A stretch of DNA of 64,000 nt, taken from contig CM106585.1 in the NCBI GenBank assembly GCA_048013815.1, forward strand, positions 14,756,001-14,820,000, read 5' to 3'. The notes beneath the pieces were generated by a model that did no database searches, was not told the origin of the DNA, and saw nothing but the letters and a program-made list of their open reading frames with translations. The translations under genes were made by a program, and so were the position numbers. Positions 1 through 14,600 of the stretch are shown here, piece after piece. The DNA is from Setoptus koraiensis (Eukaryota > Animalia > Arthropoda). Numbering within the stretch: the stretch's first letter is position 1; each line of letters begins with the position of its first letter.

Positions 1-510
1 ATATTAAATATAAATGCCAGCACAAATGAATGGGCAAATCGAAGGTGCGGCGCTGATTGGCAATTAGACGGCGCTCACTCAGCACCTTTCATTTTGGCTC
101 ATCTTTGTTTGTTTGCCAGCTCGAAGCCAGCCAGAGCGGGCTTTGTTGATGGGCTGGCCGATTTCGGCTCGACAGTGTGCATGTCCAATGGCAATTAGCA
201 CGCAACCCAGAGGGCCGGCAATTTCCGACAATTGCCGACAAATCGAGCCACTTCGAGCCAGTTCGAGCCGACCGAGCGCAAACTGCAGCAACGCCGGCCA
301 GCCCGTCATGTGTGGCCCTGGCTCGCCGGTCGCCTCCATTTCAATTTGTGTCTATGGGCTTCGGTGGGCTCGTTGCTATCGGCCGGGGGCCGCTCACACT
401 TGCGCCTGATCGGGCCTCGCCGCGAACAAAACTGTTCTCTCGGCTCCAGTCCGACAGCTCGATCGAGGCTCGGCCAGCGAACGCGCCCCTTCTCACGCGT
501 CATTGCGTCC

Positions 511-600
511 TCGAAATTGCGGCTTCGAAATTGCGGCTTCGAAATTGCGGCTTCGAAATTGCGGCTTCGAAATTGCGGCTTCGAAAGTCAAGGCTTCGAA
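511..600. repeat. Minisatellite, 14-nt unit TCGAAATTGCGGCT, 5 perfect copies plus a degenerate one
   Basis: Read directly from the sequence. Confidence 0.95.
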
Positions 601-1495
601 CGGCGAGCGGCGCAGGGCCAGTTTCGCACAGTCGAAGCCACATCGAGCTGGACGCGCCAATCTATACCGCGGCCAACCTATAGCAACCGGTGCCGCCTCG
701 AAGCGCTGCTCGCTCGCTCTTTGGCTCGGCCCAATGCACAGCTCATCGAGCGGCCCCTCGCCGCTCGATTGGCGGCCCGTGCCGAGATCGGTCCGTTTGG
801 CTCGGTGATTTCGCGCTCATCATCGGCGGCTGATGCGGCTGCGAACGCGAACGGCGCCCGAAATTGTTGCAATAGCGCCATTTATAATTGTTTATAATAG
901 CGCCATTATGGCCGTTGCGTAAATTATTAGTGCGCAGGGGTCACAAACTAGTCGCTGACCAGTGGACGGCTCGCCGCACGCAGCTAACAAGGCGAATTGG
1001 CTGGCCAGTGGACGCGGCGGCGGCGGCGGCCCGACATCGGACGAGCGGACGAGCGGCCGGTAGGCCGATGTCGGGCTCTCGCGGTGGCCGAAACTGCGCC
1101 GACCGGCAACAATTCACACTGCGCTGGGCCAACTGCGGCCGCTTGCGTTGCGCAATATTATCTAATGCACACATTAGCCAGTGTCCGACAGCCAGTTGTT
1201 GTTGGCTAATGTTTTCATGCTGCGATAACGAGCGCATCAATTGATTTATTTGCAAATGTCAAGTCGCTGCAACCTTCGAGAGCTGCCAGCGCCAATTTAA
1301 ATGTGAGCGCCTATTATCCGCTGTTGGCCAATTGAGTTTCACTGTTGCCACGACGCCGCGCTCCTCGCACGGAGATGCCAAAACGAAGCTTCCACCAAAA
1401 AGAAGCGAGAGAATCGCCGTTCCCTCGTTCGACAGCAACCACTTGACAACGCATTCTCGCTGGCAGCGCATTCTCTCGCTTGGCACGATACCATT

Positions 1496-1656
1496 TATAC
1501 CACTGGTCAGTTTATATTGATACCACTGGTCAGTTCACATTGATACCACTGGCCGGTTTATATTGACGCTGTTGGCCAATTCGCATTGATACCATTGGCC
1601 AGTTCGCACTGATACCATTGGCCAGTTCGCACTGATACCATTGGCCAGTTGGCATT
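1496..1656. repeat. Minisatellite, 23-nt unit GATACCAyTGGyCAGTTyryAyT, about 7 copies
   Basis: Period of 23, with left and right copies forming two subtypes. Confidence 0.9.
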
Positions 1657-3490
1657 GGCCGCGGACGCAATTGGCGATGGACAGCACAAAATAAGCGAGA
1701 TGCTGCGTATGTATCGCAGCATTCAATTGGTCGTGTCATGATAAACATAAACAACGTAAATCAGCGCCAACTTTAGCGAGATTGGCATCGATTATTAATT
1801 ATTGGCTATTAATCATTAGATTATTTATTGATTTCATTAGTTTAATTTATTTGCCCGGCGCAGCCACCGAATCAACAGGTTGCCCCAGCGGCCCGAGACA
1901 CGATGCATTAACGAGAAACAAACAACGCGCTGCCCGCCCAATGAATGGAGCCAATCTAAAAATAGCCAATACTCAGCCAAGACTCAATCGGCGAGATTTG
2001 TTGAGTTGCGCAATTTGACTCAATTCTCCCGATTGCCGGCCCGACTCACTTGCGGTCGGGCCGCCGCTGCCGACGGGTCCGGCCGCTGCCGACGGGTGCG
2101 GCCGCTGCCAACGGGTCTGGCCGGCGGGACGATTAATTGTTATCATCGTCGTCATTGTTATTGCCATAGCGCGGCGTCGCTATGCAAATTGGCCGGCATG
2201 AGACGGCCGATCATATGTGGTGGCCCGTGTGCCGCACACAGTGAGCTAAGCCGGCCCGGCAATTTTGCACAATTGGCGCGCCGAGCGGGCCGGATCTGGG
2301 CGGCCTCGGTCGGTCGGGGGGCCTGGCGCGCCGAGCGGCAGCGGGCACCGATCAATAGCCTGCATCAATAACTAATTTGACCAAACATTTGCTCATAACT
2401 CACGGGCTAATCTGCGGCCGCTGTAATGGCCGCCATTCAGGAGCCGCACGAAGCCAAGTCGCTGTGTCCACATTGCTGGCTCGCATAAATATATTTATAT
2501 GTATTTATCCGGTCACATGTTGCAGTGTGAGCGGCGTCGTTGCGTCATTGCGGCTCGTTCGCTTGCGTCATTGGCTGCTGAATGTGGACGCAGCAGCAAA
2601 TAACTCTCACAACTGAACCGTCGTTCGCATTGCATAATATTGATTCAGCGTGCCAGCTACCTTGAGCCTCAACATGAAATAACTCTGTGCCTCGAGCCTT
2701 GAGTTGGTTGCAATTTACTGGCGTATTATTGCGCAAGCGCGTATTTTGGTACTGGCGGCCCGTGGGCAGCAATTAGCTTTAAGGCGCTCAACAGGCGGCC
2801 GCGTGCTGGGGCGACCCCTGTCGGACGGTGCGCGACGTGCGGGCGCTGTTGTAGATGGCGCCACGGCGTTGCATGCTGATGGACGACAATGCATAATCCG
2901 ACCGTCGAGCCGATTATGCAAACTCGGGCGAGCTCGAACCGTTCGCAAGCTGCCGAAGCGCTCATGTGAGCCCCGAATGTCGCCCAATCGGCCGTTCTCT
3001 GGCTTCTCTCGGCTTCTCTCGGCTTCTCTCGGCTTCTCTCTGCTTCTTCGGCCGCATTATTCGGCCGGGTCCGTTCGCGGCTCGTTCGCCGCTCGCTCGG
3101 CGGACTCTTTCGAGTTGCTGCGAGCCGCTTCGCGTTCTGCGGTGCGCCAACGCCGAGCCGCAAAAACAAGTTGATGCAATGTTGTGACAAAATGCAGTCG
3201 CCCATCGCGGCTGTTGCGCGCTCTGCGCCGCTCCGTCGGTTTGTGGTGCCGGTCAGTGTGCGCGCCACATGTTGTTGGTCATGGCTGGATTGGTCACTTT
3301 TTTAGGCGCTGTTGTTGTCGTCGGTGTCGCTGTTGGCGTCGTCGGCGTTGTCCTCGGACTTGTCGTTGCTCGTCGTTGCCAGTTGTCGCCCCTGTCACAA
3401 GCCACTGGCCTGTCACCATTTATGTTAGCTACGCCATCTCGCTGGCATCTGACGTCGGCCCGTGAGAACCGCCAACCGGCCCGCCGCTAC

Positions 3491-3561
3491 AGTATAACAG
3501 CCGCTAGTATAACAGCCGCTAGTATAACAGCCGCTAGTATAACAGCCGCTAGTATAACAGC
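3491..3561. repeat. Minisatellite, 15-nt unit AGTATAACAGCCGCT, 4.7 copies
   Basis: Read directly; explains the SITAA repeat in ORF 3269-3616. Confidence 0.95.
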
Positions 3562-5305
3562 GGGCCGGTTGGCGGTGCTATTACAAGCTACTATAAGCTA
3601 CTATGAGCTATTATGAGCGAGCTGTGCGCCGGCCCGGCTCATAATGCGCCAATATGCAAATGCGCCATTTTTGTTTGCGTAACTGTGCGCGCACATGTTA
3701 CACAATAATCTTGTCACAAGATTCGTGCGCGTCATTAGATGAGCCGGGCCCGTCTCGCCGTGCGACGACCAAGTCACACAGCCGATACCAAGCCGCGATG
3801 TTGTGCCGTGACGGCACATGTGCCGACCAGTGCGATATGGCCGCGGGCGATAGTGGCGCATTAATTGATTGGTCGCAACAACAACAAGTTGAGCGCAACA
3901 GATTATTTAGATTATCCAACAGACCGAGATTGGTTTTTTGGGCGGCGTCGTGTGACACTAATGATGCCCCGTCTTTGTTTGGCCCAATTGATTATATCAC
4001 CACAACGACAGCGACTGTCACTGGCATTATTATAAATTTAAAAAAGCCAACGACCACTCAAAGCTCGCATGCGCTCATCGCTCGTTCGCGCTGACCATTC
4101 GACGATTCTCGAAGATGAGATAATAATTGTCCCGAATTCTCATCAATTTCATCGCACCATGATGAGCGCATGTCATGCCGGCCCGCGCATTGACCATGAG
4201 ACAGGAAGCGACATTTATCTGGCGCGTTTATCGCCCGCTCCGCTGTTAGCAATGGTGGCAATCGGCCAATCACAGCCAATTGGCAGCAGCAACGTTGCCA
4301 ACGATAATAGCCGATGACGATCTGGAGCAATGGTAAAAGTCGCACACTGCACACCACTATACAACTATAAACACTGTATAAATACTGTGTTTATGCCGTA
4401 TTTACGCCGGATTTTGGCTGTATTTTTGCTGTATTTTCGCTGTATTTTCGCTGTATTTTCGCTGTATTTTTGCTGTATTTTTGCTGTATTTGCGCTGCAT
4501 TTTGCGCTGTTTTCGTGCTGTTTTTGCACACTTTTCATGCAGTTTTATGCAGTTTTATGCAGTTTTATGCACTGTCGTACGGGCACAAGTGCGCTGCCAA
4601 ACGGCAGGCCATGAGCCCAAAACCAACCACTGACACTGACCATTTCCGGCTTGGCTGGCGGCGCGGCTTGCACGCACACTTGCACGCACACCAACCCTGA
4701 GCGGCACGCAATTCTCGCATTTGTCACTTGTGCCAACCGTGCATTGTGTCACAGGCGCACTAAAATCATCTGTTTGTGTGTGATATCATCACTGTGATGT
4801 CATTCACACCGCCGTGAACACACACACACTACAGACTCTATAGTACACAGTCATGTCCGCTCGCTGTGTCCGGCCCGAGTGCGCCGCCAGTCCGCCCGAC
4901 AAGTTGTGAGTCCGACCGTCGCATGATCAGCTGACTTTGACGGACTGCGGACGGGCGCTGCCGTGACGCGCTGTGTCGGCCAGCGTGCGTTGTGGCCAGC
5001 CGAGCTTATTGAATTACTGTTGGCCTGGTCGCCGACTCGCCGACAAGACGCTCACCTGGTCTCACCTGGTCTCACCGTGCTCGAACTCGAACTCGAGCGA
5101 ACATTCGGACGTTCGGAGAGTCGGAGATTCGAACGCTCGGAGAGTCGGACGTTCGAAAATTCGGAGATTCGGACGTTCGAAAATTCGGAGATTCGAACGT
5201 TCGGAGAGTCGGAGAGTCGGGGAGTCGACGGGACTCGCTCGCGCCGAGAGCGAGCAGCCAGCGCACAGTTTGGTGGGCAGCCCAAGTGGTGCCATCGATC
5301 TGACA

Positions 5306-5382
5306 GGCGATCTGGCGGCGATCTGACGGCGATCTGGCGGCGATCTGGCGGCGATCTGACGGCGATCTGACGGCGATCTGAC
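5306..5382. repeat. Minisatellite, 11-nt unit GGCGATCTG(A/G)C, 7 copies
   Basis: Read directly from the sequence. Confidence 0.95.
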
Positions 5383-7712
5383 GGACGATTGTTTCAATTG
5401 AGCGGCCCCTAACTGGCAATTGGTTCGACACACCAACCGCCAGCGCAACAGACACAAGCAACAACCGCAAACAACAACCGCAAACGACAGCCGCTCGTGG
5501 GCGTTGAGTGCTGACGGCCGACACCAGTTGGCCAGCTCGCCAGACAACGAGCAGTGACAGGTGAGCGCCGTGGACGGCGCGCCGGCCGGTCGCGTCCAAC
5601 AGGCGATCTTCGAACGCGCTTCTCGGGCCAGTTCGAGCGGGCTTCCAGAGGGCTTCGAATGGGCTTCGAATGGGCTTCGAATGGGCGCAAGAGTCGGCTT
5701 CGGTGGCGAGCTGCTAATTCGCAAGTGTCGGAATGGGCTCACTGGGCAAACAGTGGGCCGATTGGCGCCGATTGCAGCACCTGAGCTGCTGCCCAGAGAA
5801 TTGCTGAGAATTTGCGCTGACGCAAGGCGCTTTCGAGTGCGAAATCGTGGACACCGAATTGGCGCCTGGCAATTGGGTGTCCACGAAAAGTGGCAGCAGC
5901 GGCCAGTGAGTGGCCACAGTTAAATCGACTGTTCAGTCAGTGGTGCCAGTCGGATTACCAATGGAAGCCAATGGATTGGCCCATAAATACCATGAATAGC
6001 CGTGGATAAAATGCCGAAAGTGTGTGAATTGAATATGAGTTTGCAGTGACGCAACAAACTCACTCGCTCGATATAACACATTCTCAACGCTATTCGCATG
6101 CTCAATATTTGTATGTTTATACACGGCGCGCGGTTATGGCGATCGCTGGTCACGCTTCTCTCAATTAGAGACAGCACAGCTCATTTTGACTCACCTGATA
6201 ATGTCCATAATGAGAAGTTGGCTTCTTTCTCGAGTGCAAAGCGACGGCCTAAATAGAGACACACGGGGTGAGATATGAGATTGATAGAACAGATAAATTA
6301 GTTTGTTGGTGTGGTCAACCAATTGAAAATTGAAAATTGAAAATTGAATAATTGAAAATTGAATTCAATTTTGAGTGAGCGCAAATTGCAATTTTGCTCG
6401 CTGTGTTTGTGTTTGTTGTGAGACCAGTTAAATGGACACACCAGTTCACAGCAAATAACATTGGCTGCCCTTGTTAGACTGGCAGCGCCAGCGATCGCAA
6501 CCATTTCAACGAGCATGCTTGTGTGGTTACGTAATCGTGTGGTCATATGGCAAAAGTTATGAACGACGGCGGCCAGCAAATTCAATTTGATGCGCTCGCC
6601 CGATTTGATTGCCCGATTCTGCTTGATTTGATCTAATCTAATCTATCACCTCTACTCTGGCCGCCACAGTGCGCCGATCGTTGCCGCTCTCGAGATGCGG
6701 CTGCTATTTTTATCCGCATCGCTCATTGATGGCTTGTGGTTACGTCTAATTAATTCAGATTGGCCGGCTGATTGGGTACGACCGCGCGGCCGCTTGAGAG
6801 CTTGAGAGCTTGAGAGTTTGCGTTCAACTCAAACACAAACTCACTCTTGGTGTCAAACGGTTCCAGCAAGCCGCTCGGGCATTTATCGGGCCAGTTATCA
6901 GCGCTCAATATCTCGTCAATGTGTTGCGCTCATCATAAACGGGTTGACTTGCGCTCACCTGTCGCATCAGCGCTGTCGATAGCGCCACTCGCGGTTGTCT
7001 CGACAGGACACTGGCAAGCAAACAAACAAACTGCGATTGTCCGAGCCGAGCGTTCAACTCGCCAGTGTCGCGCCCTGTCGGCCAAGGTCTGTGCCGATGT
7101 CAATGTTGATCACTGTGGTTGCCGCTTGGCGCTCGGTCAGTCGGACGGCCGGCGCGGTTCTGCGGGCGCCGGCCAGCGACCCACCAAGAATGCAACGAAA
7201 GTTGCATTGGAGTTGCTATGAGCAGCAAGCCCCACGGACACTGGCGCTAATGATGATACAGTGATAATAATTCAGTGGTCATTTAGTGTGAGACGGAGAA
7301 GTCTTAATCAACGATTGTGCTCCCTCCACTAAGACTAATCGCATCATAATCGTAATCGTCCGCTCCAACTCGCTGACTCGCTGACTCTCTGGCGCAAGCG
7401 AACGCCAGCGAACGCCAGCGAACGCAAGCACACGTAATGGCAATAATTGTTTGATGGCGTCCAACTGGAATACAACATAATATGATTATATAATGCGCCG
7501 GCCGGCCGCGGACGAGGTATGCGAACGGCCCGAGAGGCACAAAATGAGCGCACTCGAGATGCGCTCGAATCGATCCGTCGGAGCCGGTAGCAGCGACTGC
7601 ACAATTGTAATCTCCTCTCAATATTTTGGCTCGTTTGCGCCGACTTAGCCGCTTCAATTGCCCGTCCGAGCTGCGAGTCGCAAGTCGCCAGTTGCAAGTC
7701 GCCAGTCGCAAT

Positions 7713-7795
7713 TCGAAAGTCGCAGTGCGAAAGTCGCAGTTCGAAAGTCGCAGTGCGAAAGTCGCAGTTCGAAAGTCGCAGTTCGAAAGTCGCAA
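7713..7795. repeat. Minisatellite, 14-nt unit (T/G)CGAAAGTCGCAGT, 6 copies
   Basis: Read directly from the sequence. Confidence 0.95.
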
Positions 7796-8552
7796 GGTGA
7801 AACTCGCAGAAAAGCGCTCGTCATAATGCGATATCTCATCGGGCGATATCGCGCGATCGAGCGGCGCCCCCACTACGATCGCACTTGTTAGTGTTCGATA
7901 TCGGAACATCAACAAGTATCGGCGATGATTCGAATTAAACTGGCTCACGATGATATCATAATAACGCGCCGGCGGAGCTTGCATGCCGATGCATTGGATA
8001 TTGCATTGGTTTGCAAATATTATCATGGTTATCACAGTCAACATTATCACACATTTCAGTTTATCTTTATGTTTCACTGGGCAGTCAAATTCTCGATGCT
8101 CGATTATCAATTCTGGATGCTCGACGCCCGACGCCCGATGCCCAATCCTCGATTCTCGGCGCGCATCGAACTCCACCGAACGAAGAAATCAATTTAAATT
8201 GGATTAGCCCGGCAAACGGACCCAGCAACGAGCCAAACGCCTCAATCGGATCAGGTCAGCGGACGAGACGAGATCAAATTGGATCAACTTATCGCTAATC
8301 AGCTTACATCGGCGTCATTACGTGATGCGCAGCGCACAGCGACACGCATTTGCATGCTCACCGTGTCTGCACATAATGCTTTGTGTCTGCGGCACATAAT
8401 TCTTCGTGTCTGCGGTACACATTGCAAAGTGTTGTGCGCCCCTCACCTGGTCGAACTGGCCACAACTGTGCGCACTGCGCACTTTTGCAACCAGCCGAGG
8501 CTGACTGTGTATTGACGCTGCAACACAATGGCCGATAGTTGGCTTAACAGCT

Positions 8553-8610
8553 GTTACGTAACAAGTGTTACATAAGGAGCGTTACATAACGAGTGTGTGT
8601 GTTACATAAC
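8553..8610. promoter_or_regulatory. Cluster of four PAR-bZIP/D-box-like sites
   Basis: GTTACGTAAC at 8553, GTTACATAAG, and GTTACATAAC at 8581 and 8601; consensus RTTAYGTAAY. Binding is inference. Confidence 0.35.
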
Positions 8611-11600
8611 CAGTGTGTTACAGCGAAGCTCACAATGAATGATTGAGTGACAAACAAAGAGAGGTCAGCGCACCTGAGTTAGGCACTGCCCTCTGGTGAC
8701 TGTGGCCAGTGCGCTGAGTCACGCCCGGCTCAAAATAATGGCCTCATCAGTGTGACAGACAGCCTCCACATTGCGTATGAGTACGTCATTCGATATTATC
8801 ATAGGTATTATAGGCCAATTCGGCGGCCATCGATGGCTCAATGGCAAGGCTGGCCGAAAGGGGCAAGTCGATAATCGATGCGGTCACACGATATAGGCAG
8901 AGATTGATGCTGAGTGGCTTAGATCATCGATTGCATGTGATCGTTGCCTTTCTATAAACTTAACTTATCGCTGTCGCTGTCAGTGACGCAATATAGTGGC
9001 TAGCCAAGCACGAATGGCGGCGTTGCCGCCGAATCGAATCGATTGCGCAATCGACAACAACAACAACCACTGACAATGTTGTGTGTTGTTCTCGACATAG
9101 GTGCTGAAAGGGCGCCACCCCCGACAGCGACGCATGCGCAGCCTGTTGAGTCACACAATGGAGTGGAGAGTGGTTGTGTTGTGTCATTGTCGATGACACC
9201 ACACACAAGCCGCCGATCAAAACAAGCGTATGATTGCGCAACAGGCGCTGCCAATCGGTGGGCAGCAGCAGCGGCGATTCTTCGAACTGCGAACTGCGAA
9301 CTGCGAACTTCGAACACTAGAATGTGCGCATCAGAATAGACACGCACAGGTTGCGTAAGGCACAGGTAGGGCGGGCGCCGGCATGACGTCGGCCGTGACA
9401 TTGGAGGGCCGGTTCATTTGCATCAATTGGAATTGCACAATAACGAAAGATTGTCGAAGCCAGCAAACAGCCGACGCCCTTAATATTTCCCTGTGGTCGC
9501 CGCACAATGGCCGTCGCCATGCCGTCACTGACTCTCCCATCTCCCATCTCCCTCTGTCACTCTATCACTCTCCCGCCTGCCATCCGCCCGTCTCCCTCTA
9601 TCACTCTATCACTCTCCCACCAGCCCGCTGGCCCATCGATGGCCGATGGGAGGATTGTGACTGGACGGTGATTCAGACAATCGCTTGGAATTGAATTGGA
9701 ATTTGTGCGCTGTTCGGCGTACGAACGCCAATGCGAGTATCGCCATTCAATCGGCCGATCCAATTGGGTGCAGCGCGAATCCATTCATACGGTGGCCGCA
9801 CGGTGGCGCTCGCATGATGACCCGGCCCGAATGCGCTCCACTGGCCGGCATATCGGGCGACATCGGGCGACATTGCGCGATCAAACTTTGACATCGCCGA
9901 ATGATGACGCCACACTGACCATGCCAATTGATTGTGGCCAGTGCGACAAACAACTTTTCGGCCAGCACTCCGCTGCGGCCGCACAGGCTGGCACTTGCGA
10001 ATTGCGTTCGCAAATTCGAGCTCTTTCCACAGGTTGGCATGGGCCAGAGGATATTGTTGCGCAAGCGATGCCGCGGACAAGCTGCTTGGGCGGCTCTCGG
10101 CGCTCGTCTGACGACTGATTTGCGGCTGACAATTTGCGAGATTTGCCAATTTTGCTGTCATCCGAGTCATGACACAATGCCGTGTATATGGTCGTATTAA
10201 TGCGACTGTCGTCGACATGCGCAAGCATCAATCAATTCAACAGGTGACCGGTCTCTGGCCGCACAATCTAGACTTTTGTCCAATCTAGAGTCTATTCAAA
10301 AATCGAGGCTGCGCCGCTGGGCCAGCGGAGCAGAGCGGCCTGTGCAAACAGAGGCACAAATGAGCGCATCGGCAGTGCCGCCGATCCATCAATCGGGGAC
10401 TACGCCCAGACAGGTCGGCCCGAGTGCCGCGCGTCCAGTGCCGGGCTCGGCCGATCGAACCCGATCCGCGCCAATCCGTCGGGCGTGCTGTGCGCGAACG
10501 CCGGCACAGCACAGCCGATAGCACAACCGATAGCACAGCCGATAGCACATGGAGGCCCATAGAGCACGGCACCTGTGGTGCGTCCGGCGCGGCCGGCACA
10601 TTTGGCAGCGATGGGCGCCTAATGAGCGCGCCGTGCGCAATACTCACAATATTTCCAATCCAAATACTGCAAAGTATATGCAAACATATCCAGGGATATT
10701 TTGCGCAACAATTAATGATGCCCTGTCATTCTGTTCCTGTTGGCGCTGTCAGGTCGCTCGAAGCGTCATTTGGGCGCCGCTGCGGCGAGAGCGAGAAATC
10801 ACCGATATCCGAACCGCACACTATTAATATGCAACTCGTATGCATGGGCATGTAATAATATAAATTAATAGTTGATAGCAACGGCGGATAGCGAGCCATC
10901 ATTTTTCATTATCCGCATTCAAATTTCAGCAGCGTGTGTGCGTGAATAATGATGGCCGGCATGTTTGCTGGCAGCCAACGAGCGAACGCTGTTATGTAAC
11001 AACAACAACATGCAAATTGTGGCCCTAATCAGACAATTGCATCTGCGAAGTGTGCTCTTGTCAGCGTGCCAGTCGCTGTACGGCAAGCGACACGACGACG
11101 GCCAGAAATCAGATCGGGCCGCAGCATCGACTATTTGTGACGCGCTCGCTCGCTCGATCCGGCCGAGATATTATCTCGCTTATCTCGGCGAGCGGCCGGC
11201 CAATTGGTCTCGACGCTTGGCCACACAATTAATCAATTAGCGACGGAGCGAGCGGGCAAATCTCAATTTCGCCACAACGGCGCTCGGTCGGCCCAACGGC
11301 GCTCGGTCGGCCCAACGGCGCGCCACGACGACAGCCCACAAGTCGCAACGGGCCGGTCGCTCGTCTAGCCGGGCGCTAATTGTCGGGCCACGACTTGCGC
11401 CCACAATTTGCCATCATCGGCACCATCGGCACCGTCGGCATCACTGGCATCGTTTGCGTCATTTGCATCATTTGCATAGCCCGCTCGGGGCGCAATCCGC
11501 TGATCAGCTGATCTGGCTCGCCAATCTCGGCCGCCGCTCGCCGATCGATCGGCATCGACGATCAGCGATCGACCGTCGCCGATCGACGCCCTATACGCTG

Positions 11601-14600
11601 GCGGTCGCTCGATATATAGGCTCGATATATCGCGCGATGCATCGCGCGATTTGCATACGATCGCTCGGTGCGGCATGCGATGGCGCGGCGAGCCGACGCC
11701 CGCAGCAGCAAACAAGCGGATAAAAAGAACGGATAAAAAGAACGGATAAAAAGAGAGCGAACAATGATGTAATTGTGTGTCGAAATTTGTATTTGTTGTC
11801 GTCGAATCACTTGTCAGTCAGGGATTGTTTTGTGACATTTTATGCGTTGTGTGCTGGCTTCAATCAGATTAGACGACGATAATGGTGCAAGTCGCTCGAA
11901 AATGGCTCAAAGATGATCGCTGCTGAAATGGTTGAAATGAAATCAAAAGCTCATTGTGATGCGCTGCATCATGGCAAACAGTCGGCTAATGAGAATAATA
12001 TGCAATAATCGTACATGTAATAATGTGGATTAAGGCGCCATTCGAGCGCTTGTGCGAGTGGCCCCGGCCGAGCCGTCACAATTGCATGCAGCGACAATTT
12101 TTGGAGATTTTCTCAACAGCGACAACGATTGAATTTGAGATATAAAATATAACAATATATTAACATTATATTAAATTGTGTGTAAGGTTAAGACGGGACG
12201 CGATGCGACGCGACGCGATGCGATCCGCAGATTGCCAGAGATCCGCAGAGATCCGCAGAGTGCCAGAGATCCGCAGAGATTTGCAGAGATGCCATTGAGA
12301 TGAAGCGATTCATAGATGGATGCCAGTGGCAAGACAATGAGAATTGTGTGTGTGTCAATTGCTCGTTTCGAGTTCATTTGTGTAGATCGTTTGTGTTCGA
12401 ATCGCTTGGGCGAATCGCTTGGGCGCAGAAAAGGAGGCAAAAATTTATCAAATTTAGAAAAGATTCATTAGAGAGCGACGAATGCAATAATTTGCATTTC
12501 TTTTAATTTTGATTACCCTGCTCTGATTGTCGCTCGCTGAATGGTCTCAATCTGATGATGATGTCGCGCTGCGATGCGATGCGCGATCATCTTGCAAATC
12601 TGATTCAATTCCGATGAATGACATTTTTCTTTGTCTCTCAATCTTTCCATAATGGCATCTCTCACTGTGTGTGCTGTGTGAAACTTTAAACTCTAGCGAA
12701 CAGTTTCTTTTATTTTATCTTACATTGTTATCCTTTAGATAATGATGCTGATAATAATGGCATCATCAGCGCCAGCGTCAACTCGACGCAGCGCTCCTTG
12801 AGAGATTAGCCGGCGAGCTCGTTCATTTGTTTATTTCGAATTCATTATTGCCCCGTCATGTTGGCCCGTCGTTTATTGCGACGAGCTCGCAACAGCGTTC
12901 GATGATCGTCTGATTTATACATTACCATTTGTGGCCCCGTTGCGCGCTACATCATCGGCAACTCGCAAACCGACTCACTGTCACCGACTCGGCGCTCGTC
13001 GCTTGCATAACAATGCGCGGCACCATTTAGATTAATTGATTAGGCGAGCCATGAACGAGCCCCAACGACGACGAATATTATTATTGTATATTATCAACTC
13101 GACTGTTGTGATTCTAATCGCCATTCTTTTCTTCTCTCTGTCTGCATTCTTTCGCTGTCTGTTCGCGCATTCGCTGATTCGCCTGTTCGCTGATTCGCCT
13201 GTTCGCTGATTCGCAAATTCGCGCATCCGCGCACTCGTTTATCCGGCTCGTCGCTGGCGCTGCTCGCATCACCGAGCATCGCCGGCCGAAACAAACAAAC
13301 TTGTCGCGCAAGCGAAAGCGCAAAACAAATCAAAGATGCGATACAAATGACGGCTCATTTCGAACGAACGGCATTCCATCATCGAGCGATCGACGCGAAA
13401 TATCCGCACACTCATAACGCGCACACTGTGTCACATAATACCGCCTGGCGCATCACAGTGCACCGCAACAACAATCTTTGCCCGCCAACTTTGCCCCAAA
13501 GACGACCAAAGGCCCCCTGGCGGCCGTTTCCGCGCAGGGTTGCTGCTGTTGTTGTTGCTGTCGCTGTTGTTGTTGCTGTCGCTGTTGCTGCTGTTGTTGC
13601 TGTTGTCGTGGCTGGCGCTGCATTAAATCATGTTGTTATGTCATCGAGCTTAATGAATGACTGCGACGAGTCGTGTAAGTTGTTTTGTCATTTATCCGCC
13701 AGCGTGATCATCGTCGCCAGCGCTTTGTTTGAGTTGCTCGAATAGCCAGAATTGCGTTCAATTCGAGATTGAGCCCGCCGATCAAATTGATCGTTGCGGT
13801 CGCCTCTTAATGGCTAATTTATAGATCTGGCCTGGACACAGTTGCAGTTTGTGCGGTCTTGACAGTCGCGCACAACGCATGAGTCGGCACAGTTTCGAGC
13901 GGCAAGTGAGCTCATGTGCAAAATGTAAAGTGCGTAAAGTGACTTTAAACAAGCACAATTGTATCATCACTGTGCACATGACTGAGCACCGCCGATGGGC
14001 ACAGCAGTAGGTTGCCACCAAGGTGGAAAAGTTGCCCGCACGTTTTTCTCTATTTTGGGCCCCCGCACTACGAATATGGGAGCGTGACATGGGAGCGGCT
14101 GACGGCTACAGTGTACGGATACAGTGCACGAGTAGCGAGGGAGATGCAGACAGAGGGGAGACACCGATTGACACGACAGAGTCAACAATGAAACAAAATG
14201 AAAAATATTTTCGCCTAGTGGGCCGTCGGTGAGCGGCGAAACTTTTCTCCGTGGGGCGCCGCTGTCATCTCGGGGCGCCACTGTCGTCTCGGGGCGCCAC
14301 TGTCGTCTCGAGTGGCGCCCCAAAAGAGCCGCAATCAGTCACTGATTATCAGCGTGCGTTTTCACATGGCTGCGCCCGGCTACATTTGTTACGTTTCCCC
14401 TGAAACCAATAGGTTCCAGAGGAGAGAAAAGAATTTCTTTTTGCCGTTTGGGGCCGGGAACGGAGCTCAGAGGCCCGGTTGTTGGGGCTGCCAAACTCGA
14501 ATTGAGCGTGTGGCGGCGCGCGAAAATCGACTGTGCAAAAGTGTCACTTTGGTCCGCTGGTCCGGTCGCACAGCGCGGGCCAGATAATCAAATTAGAGCC

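Noticed and set aside
941-1486. Two minus-strand ORFs in the same frame separated by one TGA (1261-1259): selenocysteine or readthrough?
   Set aside because: No selenoprotein-like motif or SECIS was recognised and neither ORF has independent support; such adjacency is expected by chance among hundreds of ORFs.
7304-8176. 290-aa minus ORF containing AIVVGAP (integrin FG-GAP-like)
   Set aside because: The upstream FGxS and downstream GxVY motifs are missing, and the ORF length depends on a stop-free 14-nt minisatellite.
14291-14321. 11-bp GC-rich hairpin as a Helitron 3' end
   Set aside because: No CTRR terminus at the expected distance on either strand and no second copy in the window.
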